From positions 55,202 to 119,201 of the forward strand of contig JAGYIX010000005.1 in assembly GCA_018402205.1 (NCBI GenBank): 64,000 nucleotides of DNA, read 5' to 3'. Made by a program: the position numbers and the translations under genes. Below the pieces are notes generated by a model, which ran no database searches, was not told the origin of the DNA, and saw nothing but the letters and a program-made list of their open reading frames with translations. Positions 46,890-55,973 of this stretch are shown here, one piece after another; position 1 is the stretch's first letter; the number at the start of each line of letters is the position of its first letter. The DNA is from Flavobacteriaceae bacterium. Lineage in GTDB: Bacteria > Bacteroidota > Bacteroidia > Flavobacteriales > Flavobacteriaceae.

Positions 46890-47947
46890 TTCTTCTTCTT
46901 AATGCTATGCGTTTGTTCGTAATAGGTAATAATCGGCTGAAAAGGCCCAAGTTGATGTTGCTGAATAGAAAACGCGTCGGCATAGGGCCCATAGGGGGTA
47001 GAAACAGGTTTCTTTAAGCGATCGGGAAAGTCCTTTTCAAGATTTGCTCGAAGCGGACGCTTTTGTTGGTTCATATACCCAGCCACATCATAGGCCTCTT
47101 CATCAGTGAGCACCGGGTTTTCGTGAGAGATACCAAATGGCATGTTGTACTTAATGAATTGGGCGGCTGTGATTACGCGATTCATTCCGGCCCCATTATT
47201 GTATGATTTTGGTCCCCACAAGGGCGGATAGGTATAGGTTAACCCATCTGCATTAACCAATCCTTGCCCATCAGGTTGATGGCATACCGCGCATTGTGCA
47301 GTATATACTTGTGCGCCGTTTTGAAGATCAACGGCTCTATTTGGAAGTTCAATGGGTTTGAGCCCCTTTTTAACCTCATCGGCCCCTACTTCAAAGTACT
47401 CATCGAGCCATTTTATATAGGTAATAATGGCCTGCATCTCAGGCTGATCTACCTCTAATGCACTCCCATTCATACTACGTGTAAAACACCCATTAATGCG
47501 GTCTGCCAATGTTCCCATTTTATCTTCGCGCCCTCGGTACTGCGGAAAACGCAGATCTACAGCCACCAAAGAAATACCGTAATCTTTAGCCCCATCATTC
47601 AAATGACAACTAGTGCACTGCAATGCATTACCTGTATAGCGCATAGCAGGGTCGGTCACATTAGGGCCCAGTAGTTCATCGGTTTGGGTCAATAAGGCAT
47701 ATCCGTATTTCAACTGCTGGTCACTCGATTGATCTATAGCATCTACAATACTTAATTTATCTTCTATCTCGGGTGCTAGTGTAGCGCTAGAAATACTCAA
47801 TAATTGCTGCTGAGGGACATCAAAAATAAAGGTAGACAAGAATATAACCGCAACGAGCAATACAATCATTAAGCTTGCCGTGGCAATGGTCTTAGAAAGG
47901 CTTCGGATGACTTTCTCAAGATCGTGTTTAGGAGCTTCTGAGGCCAT
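46886..47947 (-). CDS. membrane-anchored dihaem c-type cytochrome, TsdA (thiosulfate dehydrogenase)-like
   Basis: N-terminal TM helix. Two CxxCH motifs (CTSCH, CAVCH). RINGCFTRSMNG and PPLWGPKSYNNGAGM blocks resemble TsdA as I recall it. Confidence 0.6.
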   Translation of the reverse strand: MASEAPKHDLEKVIRSLSKTIATASLMIVLLVAVIFLSTFIFDVPQQQLLSISSATLAPEIEDKLSIVDAIDQSSDQQLKYGYALLTQTDELLGPNVTDPAMRYTGNALQCTSCHLNDGAKDYGISLVAVDLRFPQYRGREDKMGTLADRINGCFTRSMNGSALEVDQPEMQAIITYIKWLDEYFEVGADEVKKGLKPIELPNRAVDLQNGAQVYTAQCAVCHQPDGQGLVNADGLTYTYPPLWGPKSYNNGAGMNRVITAAQFIKYNMPFGISHENPVLTDEEAYDVAGYMNQQKRPLRANLEKDFPDRLKKPVSTPYGPYADAFSIQQHQLGPFQPIITYYEQTHSIKKKN

Positions 47948-48062
47948 TGAAAAATGAAATTATATCAATAAATGTAGCGAAAAGTAATTCTTGACGGGCA
48001 GACCTAAAGTAACATCGGTTACAAAAGCCTTAACTTCATAGTACACAATAGTTAAAGGAAGT

Positions 48063-49958
48063 ATGACTTCGAATTATCAGCAGTTTTTGTCGCTGATCGC
48101 AGAGCGGTATGGGCGCTCATTTGATTCTTATGAAGCGCTTCATGCCTTTAGCATTAATGAGCAAGAACTATTTTGGCAAGCAGTAGTCGATTATTTCAAA
48201 ATTGACTTTTCAGTGCCCGCCGAACAAATCTTTGTCGAGGGGGCAAAGCTTTGGCAGACACCCTATTTTTTGGGAGCTAAGCTAAGTTACGCCGCACACC
48301 TTATTCGCTATGCTTCTGCGCATCATCTACCCCTTATTTTTAAACACGAGCAGGGTGAAGCCCAAGAAGTGTCCTGGCCTGCGCTGCTCAAGCGCGCTTT
48401 ACTCTATCAAAAGAAATTGCAGAAATTAGGGGTTAAAAAAGGCGACAGGGTAGCCGCTTTATGCACAAATAGCCCAGAAACCATTGCAGCTTTTTTAGCT
48501 ACGAATAGTTTAGGGGCCATTTGGTCGTCTTGCGCCGTAGAGTTCGGGTACAGCGCACTTTTTGATCGTTTCTCTAGCATTGAGCCCACGGTCTTATTCG
48601 CTCATGGCCATTACCATTATGCCGCAAAGCGCTTCGATTTGACCAAAACGCGCAAACAACTCGAAGAAACGCTAAAAAGTATCAAAGGCACCATAGTGCT
48701 TGAACCCTTTGAAAATATTGAAGATAAGGCCGATGATCTCCAGTCGCTTTTGGCTTCTTTTTCTATGGTAGAAGTAGAATTTGACCACCCTATTTATATT
48801 CTTTTTTCTTCAGGCACCACAGGTAAACCAAAGGCCATTGTGCATAAAACAGGAGCTATGCTACTTGAGCACTGTAAGGCTCTTGGTATTCATCAAGGGG
48901 TAAGCGAAAGAGATCGATATTTCTGGTTTAGCACAACGGGATGGATGATGTGGAACTATAGCCTTAGCTGCCTAGCCCTAGGGGCAACTCTCTGCCTGTA
49001 TGACGGGGCCTCAAATTACCCTGATGACCTTGCACTCTTGCGCTATGCCGAAGTAAATGCTATAAATCATTTTGGTCACGGAGCTGCCTTCTATGGATAC
49101 TTGGCCGAGAATAATCGCTCCTTTTCAGAGCTAAATCTAAGCGCAATTCGCACCATAGGATCTACTGGGTCTGTTCTATTGCCGCATGCTTTTCATTTTA
49201 TACGCACACAATTACCTGAGGCAGAAATTCATTCGATTAGCGGCGGAACCGACGTCTGCACCGCTTTTGTCGGTGGGCTATCGGGCCGAAGCACCAAGGC
49301 AGGCGAAATTGCTTGTAAAATGCTCGGTGCAGCTGTAGATATTTTCGATAAAAACGGCACATCTCTAGTTGACGAGCCCGGAGAACTTGTGCTTACCAAA
49401 CCCTTTATAGCCCTACCTCTAGGCTTTTGGGGCGACACCCAGAACAAGCGCTTTGTACAGAGCTACTTCTCAACCTTCGACAATGTTTGGAAGCACGGAG
49501 ACTGGGCGAAACAAACCTCAGATAACCGCATAGTCATCTTTGGACGGTCAGACGCCACCCTGAATCGCGATGGAGTGCGCATTGGAACCTCCGAAATCTA
49601 TGCCGCTTTGGCACGTTTTGAAACAGTCGAAGATGCTCTAATTATTCATTTATTTGATTCCAACACGGATAGCCTGTTTTTATTCATCGTAAGCAAAAAA
49701 GACATCGATAGTCAACAGTTAAAGCGGTACCTTCAACAAGAATGCTCTCCGCGCCACAAGCCTGACCACATCATACAAGTCGACGCAATTCCATATACCT
49801 TAAACGGGAAAAAAATAGAAATTCCGGTAAAGCGCATTCTAGAAGGCGAAGCGGTAGAAAATGTCATTAGTCTAGCCTCGGTAAAAAACCCGGAGAGTCT
49901 TTATGCATTCGAAGCACTTAGACCTCAACTTAGAACCCTCATAAACGCAACCACATGA
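48063..49958 (+). CDS. acetoacetate--CoA ligase (acetoacetyl-CoA synthetase)
   Basis: AMP-binding motif ILFSSGTTGKPKAIVH and an N-terminal LFWQAVVDYFKIDF block typical of acetoacetyl-CoA synthetases. ATGA overlap with the thiolase gene. Confidence 0.75.
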   Translation: MTSNYQQFLSLIAERYGRSFDSYEALHAFSINEQELFWQAVVDYFKIDFSVPAEQIFVEGAKLWQTPYFLGAKLSYAAHLIRYASAHHLPLIFKHEQGEAQEVSWPALLKRALLYQKKLQKLGVKKGDRVAALCTNSPETIAAFLATNSLGAIWSSCAVEFGYSALFDRFSSIEPTVLFAHGHYHYAAKRFDLTKTRKQLEETLKSIKGTIVLEPFENIEDKADDLQSLLASFSMVEVEFDHPIYILFSSGTTGKPKAIVHKTGAMLLEHCKALGIHQGVSERDRYFWFSTTGWMMWNYSLSCLALGATLCLYDGASNYPDDLALLRYAEVNAINHFGHGAAFYGYLAENNRSFSELNLSAIRTIGSTGSVLLPHAFHFIRTQLPEAEIHSISGGTDVCTAFVGGLSGRSTKAGEIACKMLGAAVDIFDKNGTSLVDEPGELVLTKPFIALPLGFWGDTQNKRFVQSYFSTFDNVWKHGDWAKQTSDNRIVIFGRSDATLNRDGVRIGTSEIYAALARFETVEDALIIHLFDSNTDSLFLFIVSKKDIDSQQLKRYLQQECSPRHKPDHIIQVDAIPYTLNGKKIEIPVKRILEGEAVENVISLASVKNPESLYAFEALRPQLRTLINATT

Positions 49959-51133
49959 TATCACCGGTTTACATCGTAGCAGCAAAACGAACCCCCTTTG
50001 GAAGCTTTGGTCAGGGCTTGTCTTCTATCTCAGCAACCGACTTAGGCGCCGCTGCCTTGAGCGCAGCGCTCAAGGCAGCACGCCTGCCCCCGGAGGCGAT
50101 AGAAGAAGTGTTTATGGGCAATGTATGCAGCGCCAACTTGGGGCAGGCGCCAGCGCGGCAAGCCGCGCTGGGCGCCTCAATCCCATTCAGTGTTCCAGCC
50201 ACTACTATTAATAAAGTGTGCGCCTCAGGAATGAAATCGATCATGCTTGGGGCGCAATCTATCGCCCTTGGGCAAGCTGAATTCATCGCCGCGGGAGGGA
50301 TGGAAAACATGTCGCAAATTCCCTATTACGCCCCTCAGCAGCGGTGGGGGGCCAAATACGGGGACGCCCTGCTCGTTGACGGTTTAACTAAAGATGGGCT
50401 TAGCGATGCCTTTGAAAGGGTGTCTATGGGGGTGCTTGCCGATCGCGTGGCCGCTGCGAAAAAGATAAGTCGTGAGGCTCAAGACGACTATGCATTAGAA
50501 TCGTATAAACGAGCTGCAAAGGCTTGGGCTGAGGGTGCCTTCTCGGCAGAGGTTGCCCCCATTGAGGTGCAAGAGCGCAAAGAAAAGCGGGTGATAACCC
50601 AAGATGAAGAATTTCACAAGGTGATGGTTGAAAAGGTCAGGAGTTTGAGGCCTGCCTTTACCGAAGATGGAAGTATTACAGCGGCTAATGCCTCAACACT
50701 AAACGACGGGGCGTGCGCGCTCATTCTGGCGTCTGAAAAAGGGGTGAAAGACCTTGACCTTATACCCATAGCGCGCATTGTAGGTTATGCCGATGCGGCC
50801 AGAACACCTGCTGAATTTACCTTGGCACCCATTGATGTCACCGAAAAACTGCTGGCTCAAACCAAAAAATCCATAAACAATATAGATTTGTTCGAGATCA
50901 ATGAAGCCTTCGCTATGGTTCCATTGGCCTATGCGGCCCATTTTAAGTTGGCGCTCTCCAACGTAAATGTACATGGAGGGGCAGTGGCACTGGGGCACCC
51001 CTTGGGCGCCTCTGGGGCAAGAATAGTAAGTACCCTCATGTATGCCCTCAAGGCTAGAAATCAACGAATAGGGCTTTCAACTATATGCAATGGTGGGGGC
51101 GGCGCATCGGCCATGATGATCGAATTGGTATAA
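49955..51133 (+). CDS. acetyl-CoA C-acetyltransferase (thiolase II)
   Basis: Active-site Cys context INKVCASGMKS, NVHGGAVALGHPLGASG, and C-terminal CNGGGGASAM. Confidence 0.92.
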   Translation: MISPVYIVAAKRTPFGSFGQGLSSISATDLGAAALSAALKAARLPPEAIEEVFMGNVCSANLGQAPARQAALGASIPFSVPATTINKVCASGMKSIMLGAQSIALGQAEFIAAGGMENMSQIPYYAPQQRWGAKYGDALLVDGLTKDGLSDAFERVSMGVLADRVAAAKKISREAQDDYALESYKRAAKAWAEGAFSAEVAPIEVQERKEKRVITQDEEFHKVMVEKVRSLRPAFTEDGSITAANASTLNDGACALILASEKGVKDLDLIPIARIVGYADAARTPAEFTLAPIDVTEKLLAQTKKSINNIDLFEINEAFAMVPLAYAAHFKLALSNVNVHGGAVALGHPLGASGARIVSTLMYALKARNQRIGLSTICNGGGGASAMMIELV

Positions 51134-51159
51134 AAAACACGTCTATCTTTGCCCCAATC

Positions 51160-52134
51160 ATGATCCTCTCTACAGACATAAATGAAGCGGCAGCCTTGCT
51201 CAGAGCTAATGAGGTGGTGGCTATTCCGACCGAAACAGTTTATGGATTAGCAGCTAACGCTTATTCTGCTGAGGCCGTTTCAAGAGTATATGAGGTCAAA
51301 GAACGTCCAAAGACTAATCCGCTTATCGTTCATATCGGCTCAGTCGATAAGCTGGCTGCGGTAGCCTCATCGGTCAGCCCTAATGCCCAGAAACTAGCGG
51401 CACATTTTTGGCCCGGACCGCTCACCCTTCTACTGCCAAAATCAGCACGCATTTCAGATCAGGTAACGGCTCATAGCCCCTTTGTGGCCGTCAGAGTTCC
51501 CGATCACCCGCTCAGTCTGGCCCTTTTACAGCAATTGGAGTTTCCGCTTGTGGCTCCTAGCGCAAATCGCTATACGAGTGTTAGCCCAACAACCGCCGCT
51601 CATGTGGCCACGAATTTAGGCGACCGTATACCGCTGATTCTCGACGGAGGACCCTGTAGAAAGGGGCTAGAATCTACTGTCGTAGGTTTTGACGCAGATG
51701 ACCAGCCGCAGGTATACCGGCTTGGAGCCATAACGCTTGAAGAGCTGCAGGCCATCATTCCCGAAACAGCTCTTTTTAAACAGACCGACACCGAGGTTTC
51801 CCCATCTCCCGGAATGGCCAAAAAGCACTACGCTCCTACAACCCCGCTCAAGGTGGTCGATCAGTTAGAGCGCTTTTTAGTCGAGCATCCGCCGCTACAA
51901 TCAGTCGCTTACGGTGTGCTCAGCTTCGGGCACGAGAAAACGGCAATGAAAGGCCTTACGGTCTATGAGCTATCTGCCCAAAAAAATCTAGAAGAAGCCT
52001 CAAGCCGCCTATATGACGGGCTCTACGAGCTAGATGCGAAAGGGCTGCAATTTATAGTGGTAGAATGGTTTGAAAACCAAAGATTGGGGCGCACGCTTAA
52101 CGATAAGCTAAAGCGAGCTTCGAGTGCTCTCTAA
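51160..52134 (+). CDS. tsaC: L-threonylcarbamoyladenylate synthase, long Sua5/YwlC form
   Basis: Motifs VAIPTETVYGLAANA, KERPKTNPLIVHI, FWPGPLTLLL and APSANRYTSVSPT, plus a Sua5 C-terminal domain. Start moved to ATG 51160. Confidence 0.88.
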   Translation: MILSTDINEAAALLRANEVVAIPTETVYGLAANAYSAEAVSRVYEVKERPKTNPLIVHIGSVDKLAAVASSVSPNAQKLAAHFWPGPLTLLLPKSARISDQVTAHSPFVAVRVPDHPLSLALLQQLEFPLVAPSANRYTSVSPTTAAHVATNLGDRIPLILDGGPCRKGLESTVVGFDADDQPQVYRLGAITLEELQAIIPETALFKQTDTEVSPSPGMAKKHYAPTTPLKVVDQLERFLVEHPPLQSVAYGVLSFGHEKTAMKGLTVYELSAQKNLEEASSRLYDGLYELDAKGLQFIVVEWFENQRLGRTLNDKLKRASSAL

Positions 52135-52154
52135 GATTCGAGTGCTCTCTAAGA
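52119..52154. repeat. perfect 18-bp tandem duplication (TTCGAGTGCTCTCTAAGA x2)
   Basis: Copies at 52119-52136 and 52137-52154 are identical. Copy 1 holds the tsaC stop codon and copy 2 holds the stop of the convergent permease gene. Confidence 0.95.
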
Positions 52155-53114
52155 AAAGGTCTCTATCACATACAGATAGAACGGAATACCAAACATCACA
52201 TTAATCGGAAAGGTCACGCCTAGGGCCATGGTAAGATAAAGCCCCGGATTTGCCCTGGGGGCCGCGAGTTTCATTGCCGCCGGAACAGCTATATAAGAGG
52301 CACTTGCCGCCAAAATGGTTAGCAGCAGGCGGTCGCCTATTTCAGAAAGAAAGAACTGGCTTACATAGGCCACGATCAATCCGTTTACTAGCGGAACAAG
52401 TATGGCTACCGCCAGCGCATTTTGGCTTTTTCGAAAGAATCCTTTAAGGTGTTTACCACAAGAAAGGCCCATGTCTAACAAAAATATGGCAAGAAATCCT
52501 TTGAATATGTCGGTAGTGAATGGGGTGATTCCCTCGGCCTGAGAATCGCTAGAAATAAATCCGATAATTAAGCTTCCTAAAATGAGCAATACGCTTCCAT
52601 TGGTAACTGCATGCCGCAACACCGGGCTCACCTTTTTCCATTGAAAATCTTCCGAAGAATAGAGCGAAATGAGCACTACTCCGGCTACTATAGAGGGTGC
52701 CTCCATGAGGGCCATCACGGCCACCATGTGCCCGCCGTAATGAATAGATTGTAACTCCAAAAAGCTAATAGCCGTAACAAAGGTGACTGCTGAAACCGAG
52801 CCATAAGATGCAGCAACCGCTCCTGCCGTCTGCACGCCAAAGCCTTTTTTTGTGAGCCCAAAAACATAGACGGGTACACACAGGGCTAATAGCAAACCGG
52901 CAATAAGTGCCCACAAAATCTCGGTGCTAAAAGAGCTGTGAGCCAACTCTTGCCCCCCTTAAAGCCTATAGAAAATAGAAGGTAAAGCGATATGAATTTG
53001 GATGAATTCTCTGGAACATTCAGATCACTCCTTGATTTGAGAGGCTAAAATTCCTAGAATAAAAAATAAAAGTGCTGGATTTCTAAAGTTTTCAAGAAGC
53101 AGGTCCCACTGCAT
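52149..53114 (-). pseudogene. sodium-dependent bicarbonate-transporter-family (SbtA-like, DUF897) permease; 5-prime end disrupted by two compensating frameshifts
   Basis: ATG at 53114 is in frame with ORF 52149..52946 but is separated from it by TGA (53025-53027) and TAA (52959-52961). The conserved SDLNVPENSSKFISLYLLFSIGFKGG segment is readable only in the +1 frame, at 53029-52952. Confidence 0.7.
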
Positions 53115-53141
53115 ACTTTTTTGTTTGCGAAGGTGCATTTT

Positions 53142-53167
53142 TTAATTCATAAACATTTATGAATTAA
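53142..53167. promoter_or_regulatory. dyad-symmetric operator candidate (LysR-type) in a divergent promoter region
   Basis: TTAATTCATAAA-ca-TTTATGAATTAA has 12-bp perfect arms. It lies between the permease gene and the divergent LysR gene. Confidence 0.55.
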
Positions 53168-53172
53168 TTTTG
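53165..53172 (+). promoter_or_regulatory. candidate -7 box (TAnnTTTG) for the LysR gene
   Basis: TAATTTTG lies 23 nt upstream of ATG 53196 and overlaps the right arm of the palindrome. Confidence 0.35.
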
Positions 53173-53195
53173 AAAGTATATATATACAATAATTT

Positions 53196-54071
53196 ATGAA
53201 TTTTACGTTCCACCAACTAAAGATTTACAGCGAGGTAGTGCGCCAAAAGAGTATTACAAAGGCAGCCAAAATTCTCAACATGACTCAACCAGCGCTTTCT
53301 ATTCAGCTCAAGAATTTTAGCAGCCTCTTTGAATTTCAGCTCTTCGAGCGAAAAGGGCGCTCCATAAAGGTCACCGATTACGGGCTTCAGATTTTTCACA
53401 CCGCCCAAGAATTGCTAGAAAAGGCTACGCACATGAATTACCTCACTGAGGCCTTTAGAAATCTAGAGGCAGGGTCACTGCGCATTGCCTCGGTTTCTAC
53501 AGGAAAGTATATTATTCCGTATATCGTCGCCGACTTCTTAGAGCATTATCCTAAGGTTGATCTCAATATTCAAGTTTCTAATAAAGAAGACGTTGTGTCT
53601 AGATTGAAAGATGAAGATCTCGACTTCGCATTGGTTTCATCTATTCCAAAGAACGTACTTGTAAGCGAAGAAGTACTTTTCAAGAATGAGTTATTTCTGG
53701 TAGGCAACACCCCCGAGTTCGATCCAAAAAGGCCACTTATTTACAGAGAAAAGGGGTCTTCTACTCGACAAGAAATGGACCAGTATTTTGGAGAGAGTAC
53801 CCCAAAAAAATCATTTGAGCTAACGTCAAATGAGGCAGTTAAACAAGCTGTAAAAGCTGGACTTGGCTATTCGATAATTCCGCGAATAGGCATTACTCGA
53901 GAGCTCGCCGAACAATCGCTCTATATTATACCCCAAAAAAACTTACCTATTGTGACCCAGTGGCGAATAGTGTATAATAAACAGAAACTCTTGTCTCCAG
54001 TGGCTCAAACTTTTTTGTCTTATTTGAAAGAACACAAAGAAGCTATCATTAAAAGGTTCTTTTCTGAATAG
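53196..54071 (+). CDS. LysR family transcriptional regulator
   Basis: N-terminal wHTH (FHQLKIYSEVVRQKSITKAAKILNMTQPALSIQLKNF) plus a LysR substrate-binding domain length. Confidence 0.9.
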   Translation: MNFTFHQLKIYSEVVRQKSITKAAKILNMTQPALSIQLKNFSSLFEFQLFERKGRSIKVTDYGLQIFHTAQELLEKATHMNYLTEAFRNLEAGSLRIASVSTGKYIIPYIVADFLEHYPKVDLNIQVSNKEDVVSRLKDEDLDFALVSSIPKNVLVSEEVLFKNELFLVGNTPEFDPKRPLIYREKGSSTRQEMDQYFGESTPKKSFELTSNEAVKQAVKAGLGYSIIPRIGITRELAEQSLYIIPQKNLPIVTQWRIVYNKQKLLSPVAQTFLSYLKEHKEAIIKRFFSE

Positions 54072-54224
54072 GCACACCTGGTTGATCAGAAAAAAGACTG
54101 TTTTTAGCGCTGAATGATTGGTTTATTCTACCTTTGACCTCAAATCACATCTATACCATTAGTTCTCAAAGATTTAACTTGCTTGTGATCAAGGTTTCTC
54201 AAACGCCTTTCAGTTGCGGTAGAC

Positions 54225-55970
54225 ATGTTTTTTAACCCTAAGTACCTCTACAGGTTCTCTTTTTGGACGAGCCTTCTCATTCTCATTTTGATACTCATTG
54301 ATTTGGGTTTTCATCAAAACCAACAGTTAGAGCGTCAGATAGAGAACTACTACTATTACGCCCTTTTAGTGGGGGTTGTGACTACTACACTGTCGTATAT
54401 TATTGATAGTAAGCGCATAAAACAGAATATTGCCCTGATCGATCTAGCAGGAGTTGGTTTTGCCTTATTCCTCTTAGGCATTCATTTTTTTGCAGATCCT
54501 AACTTAGACCTTTCGTTAAAACTTTCAGCCTGGCATTTAGAGAAATACTCCGCAGGCTTGCTCTTTTTAAAAGGCCTTTTAGATTTACGGATAGAATATA
54601 AAAGATCTGACCTAAACCCCGCTCAACTCTTTTTAATCAGCTTTATTAGCATTATCCTTTTTGGCACACTTCTTCTCTCTCTTCCAAGTGCTACCGTAAA
54701 CGGAATCTCTCTGCTCGACGCGCTCTTTACAGCAACAAGTGCAGTGTGTGTCACGGGGTTGATCGTATTAGATACTGCAGTCGATTTTACCTCTTTTGGA
54801 CAAGGTATTATTCTTTTGCTCATTCAAGTAGGAGGGCTTGGGATTCTCACCTTTGTAAGCTACTTCAGTTACTTCTTTAAGGGCCAAATTAGCTATGAAA
54901 AGCAAATTGCTATGAGCTCCATGAACTCTAGCACTGCTATTGGTAAAGAACTAACACTGTTAAAACATATCTTACTCATTACACTCACTATAGAGGCGGT
55001 GTCTGCAGTATTGATCTTTTATAGTGTAGATAGATCCAGTTTTTCAAGCGTTGCAGACCAGGCTTTTTTCGCCATATTTCATGCCATTTCTGCATTTTGT
55101 AACGCAGGATTTTCTACGCTAAGCGGCTCATTGCAAGAAGGTTCGTTCGAATTCAATTACGGGCTTCAAATTATTGTGGCGCTCACTTTCATTTTAGGAG
55201 GGCTCGGGTTTCCCATAGTTGAGAACATCGTATCCTACTTAAAATATAGGGCAAAGCAACTTTTCTCTTTCTCTAAAGAAATGAATTACCGACCCTGGGT
55301 GCTAAATCTAAATAGCCGAATTGCACTTATCACTTCTGCCTTTTTAACCGCCGGAGGGTTTATCGCCTTTTACGCATTAGAATATCACAACACGCTGGGG
55401 CGTCACGACGAAGCGGGCAAACTAATAACAGCGTTCTTTGGTGCAGTTACCCCAAGAACAGCTGGATTTAATACTGTGGATACAGCATCGCTGCTCTTTC
55501 CGACTACCTTGCTCCTCTTTTTCTTAATGTGGGTAGGCGCCTCGCCAAAATCTACAGGGGGAGGAATCAAAACCACCACGTTCGCCATTGCTATACTCAA
55601 TATCATTAGTATGGCCAAAGGCAGCTCACGTATTGAAATTTTCAGGAGAGAGATCGTTGAGGTTACCATAAAAAGAGCATTTGCCATGATCGCTCTTTCT
55701 ATAATCGTAATTAGTATTGGTATTGTGATCATCGCTAGTCAAGAACCCGAAATGGAGATGCTTAATATTGCCTTCGAATGCGTCTCGGCATATAGCACCG
55801 TCGGGCTGAGCATGGGCATAACCGCTGGGTTGGGCTCTGCAAGTAAACTTGTTCTTATTCTGCTCATGTTTATTGGTAGAGTGAGTGCCCTCACTGTTCT
55901 TTTTGCTATCTTCAGAAAAACAGTGGTTCGCAATTATAGATATCCTAAAGAAGAAATAACTATTCACTAA
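54225..55970 (+). CDS. TrkH/KtrB family potassium transporter with an N-terminal membrane extension
   Basis: Repeated M1-P-M2 units with selectivity-filter-like motifs (VCVTGL, FCNAGF, RTAGFN, YSTVGLS). About 100 extra N-terminal residues with TM helices. Confidence 0.85.
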   Translation: MFFNPKYLYRFSFWTSLLILILILIDLGFHQNQQLERQIENYYYYALLVGVVTTTLSYIIDSKRIKQNIALIDLAGVGFALFLLGIHFFADPNLDLSLKLSAWHLEKYSAGLLFLKGLLDLRIEYKRSDLNPAQLFLISFISIILFGTLLLSLPSATVNGISLLDALFTATSAVCVTGLIVLDTAVDFTSFGQGIILLLIQVGGLGILTFVSYFSYFFKGQISYEKQIAMSSMNSSTAIGKELTLLKHILLITLTIEAVSAVLIFYSVDRSSFSSVADQAFFAIFHAISAFCNAGFSTLSGSLQEGSFEFNYGLQIIVALTFILGGLGFPIVENIVSYLKYRAKQLFSFSKEMNYRPWVLNLNSRIALITSAFLTAGGFIAFYALEYHNTLGRHDEAGKLITAFFGAVTPRTAGFNTVDTASLLFPTTLLLFFLMWVGASPKSTGGGIKTTTFAIAILNIISMAKGSSRIEIFRREIVEVTIKRAFAMIALSIIVISIGIVIIASQEPEMEMLNIAFECVSAYSTVGLSMGITAGLGSASKLVLILLMFIGRVSALTVLFAIFRKTVVRNYRYPKEEITIH

Positions 55971-55973
55971 CAG

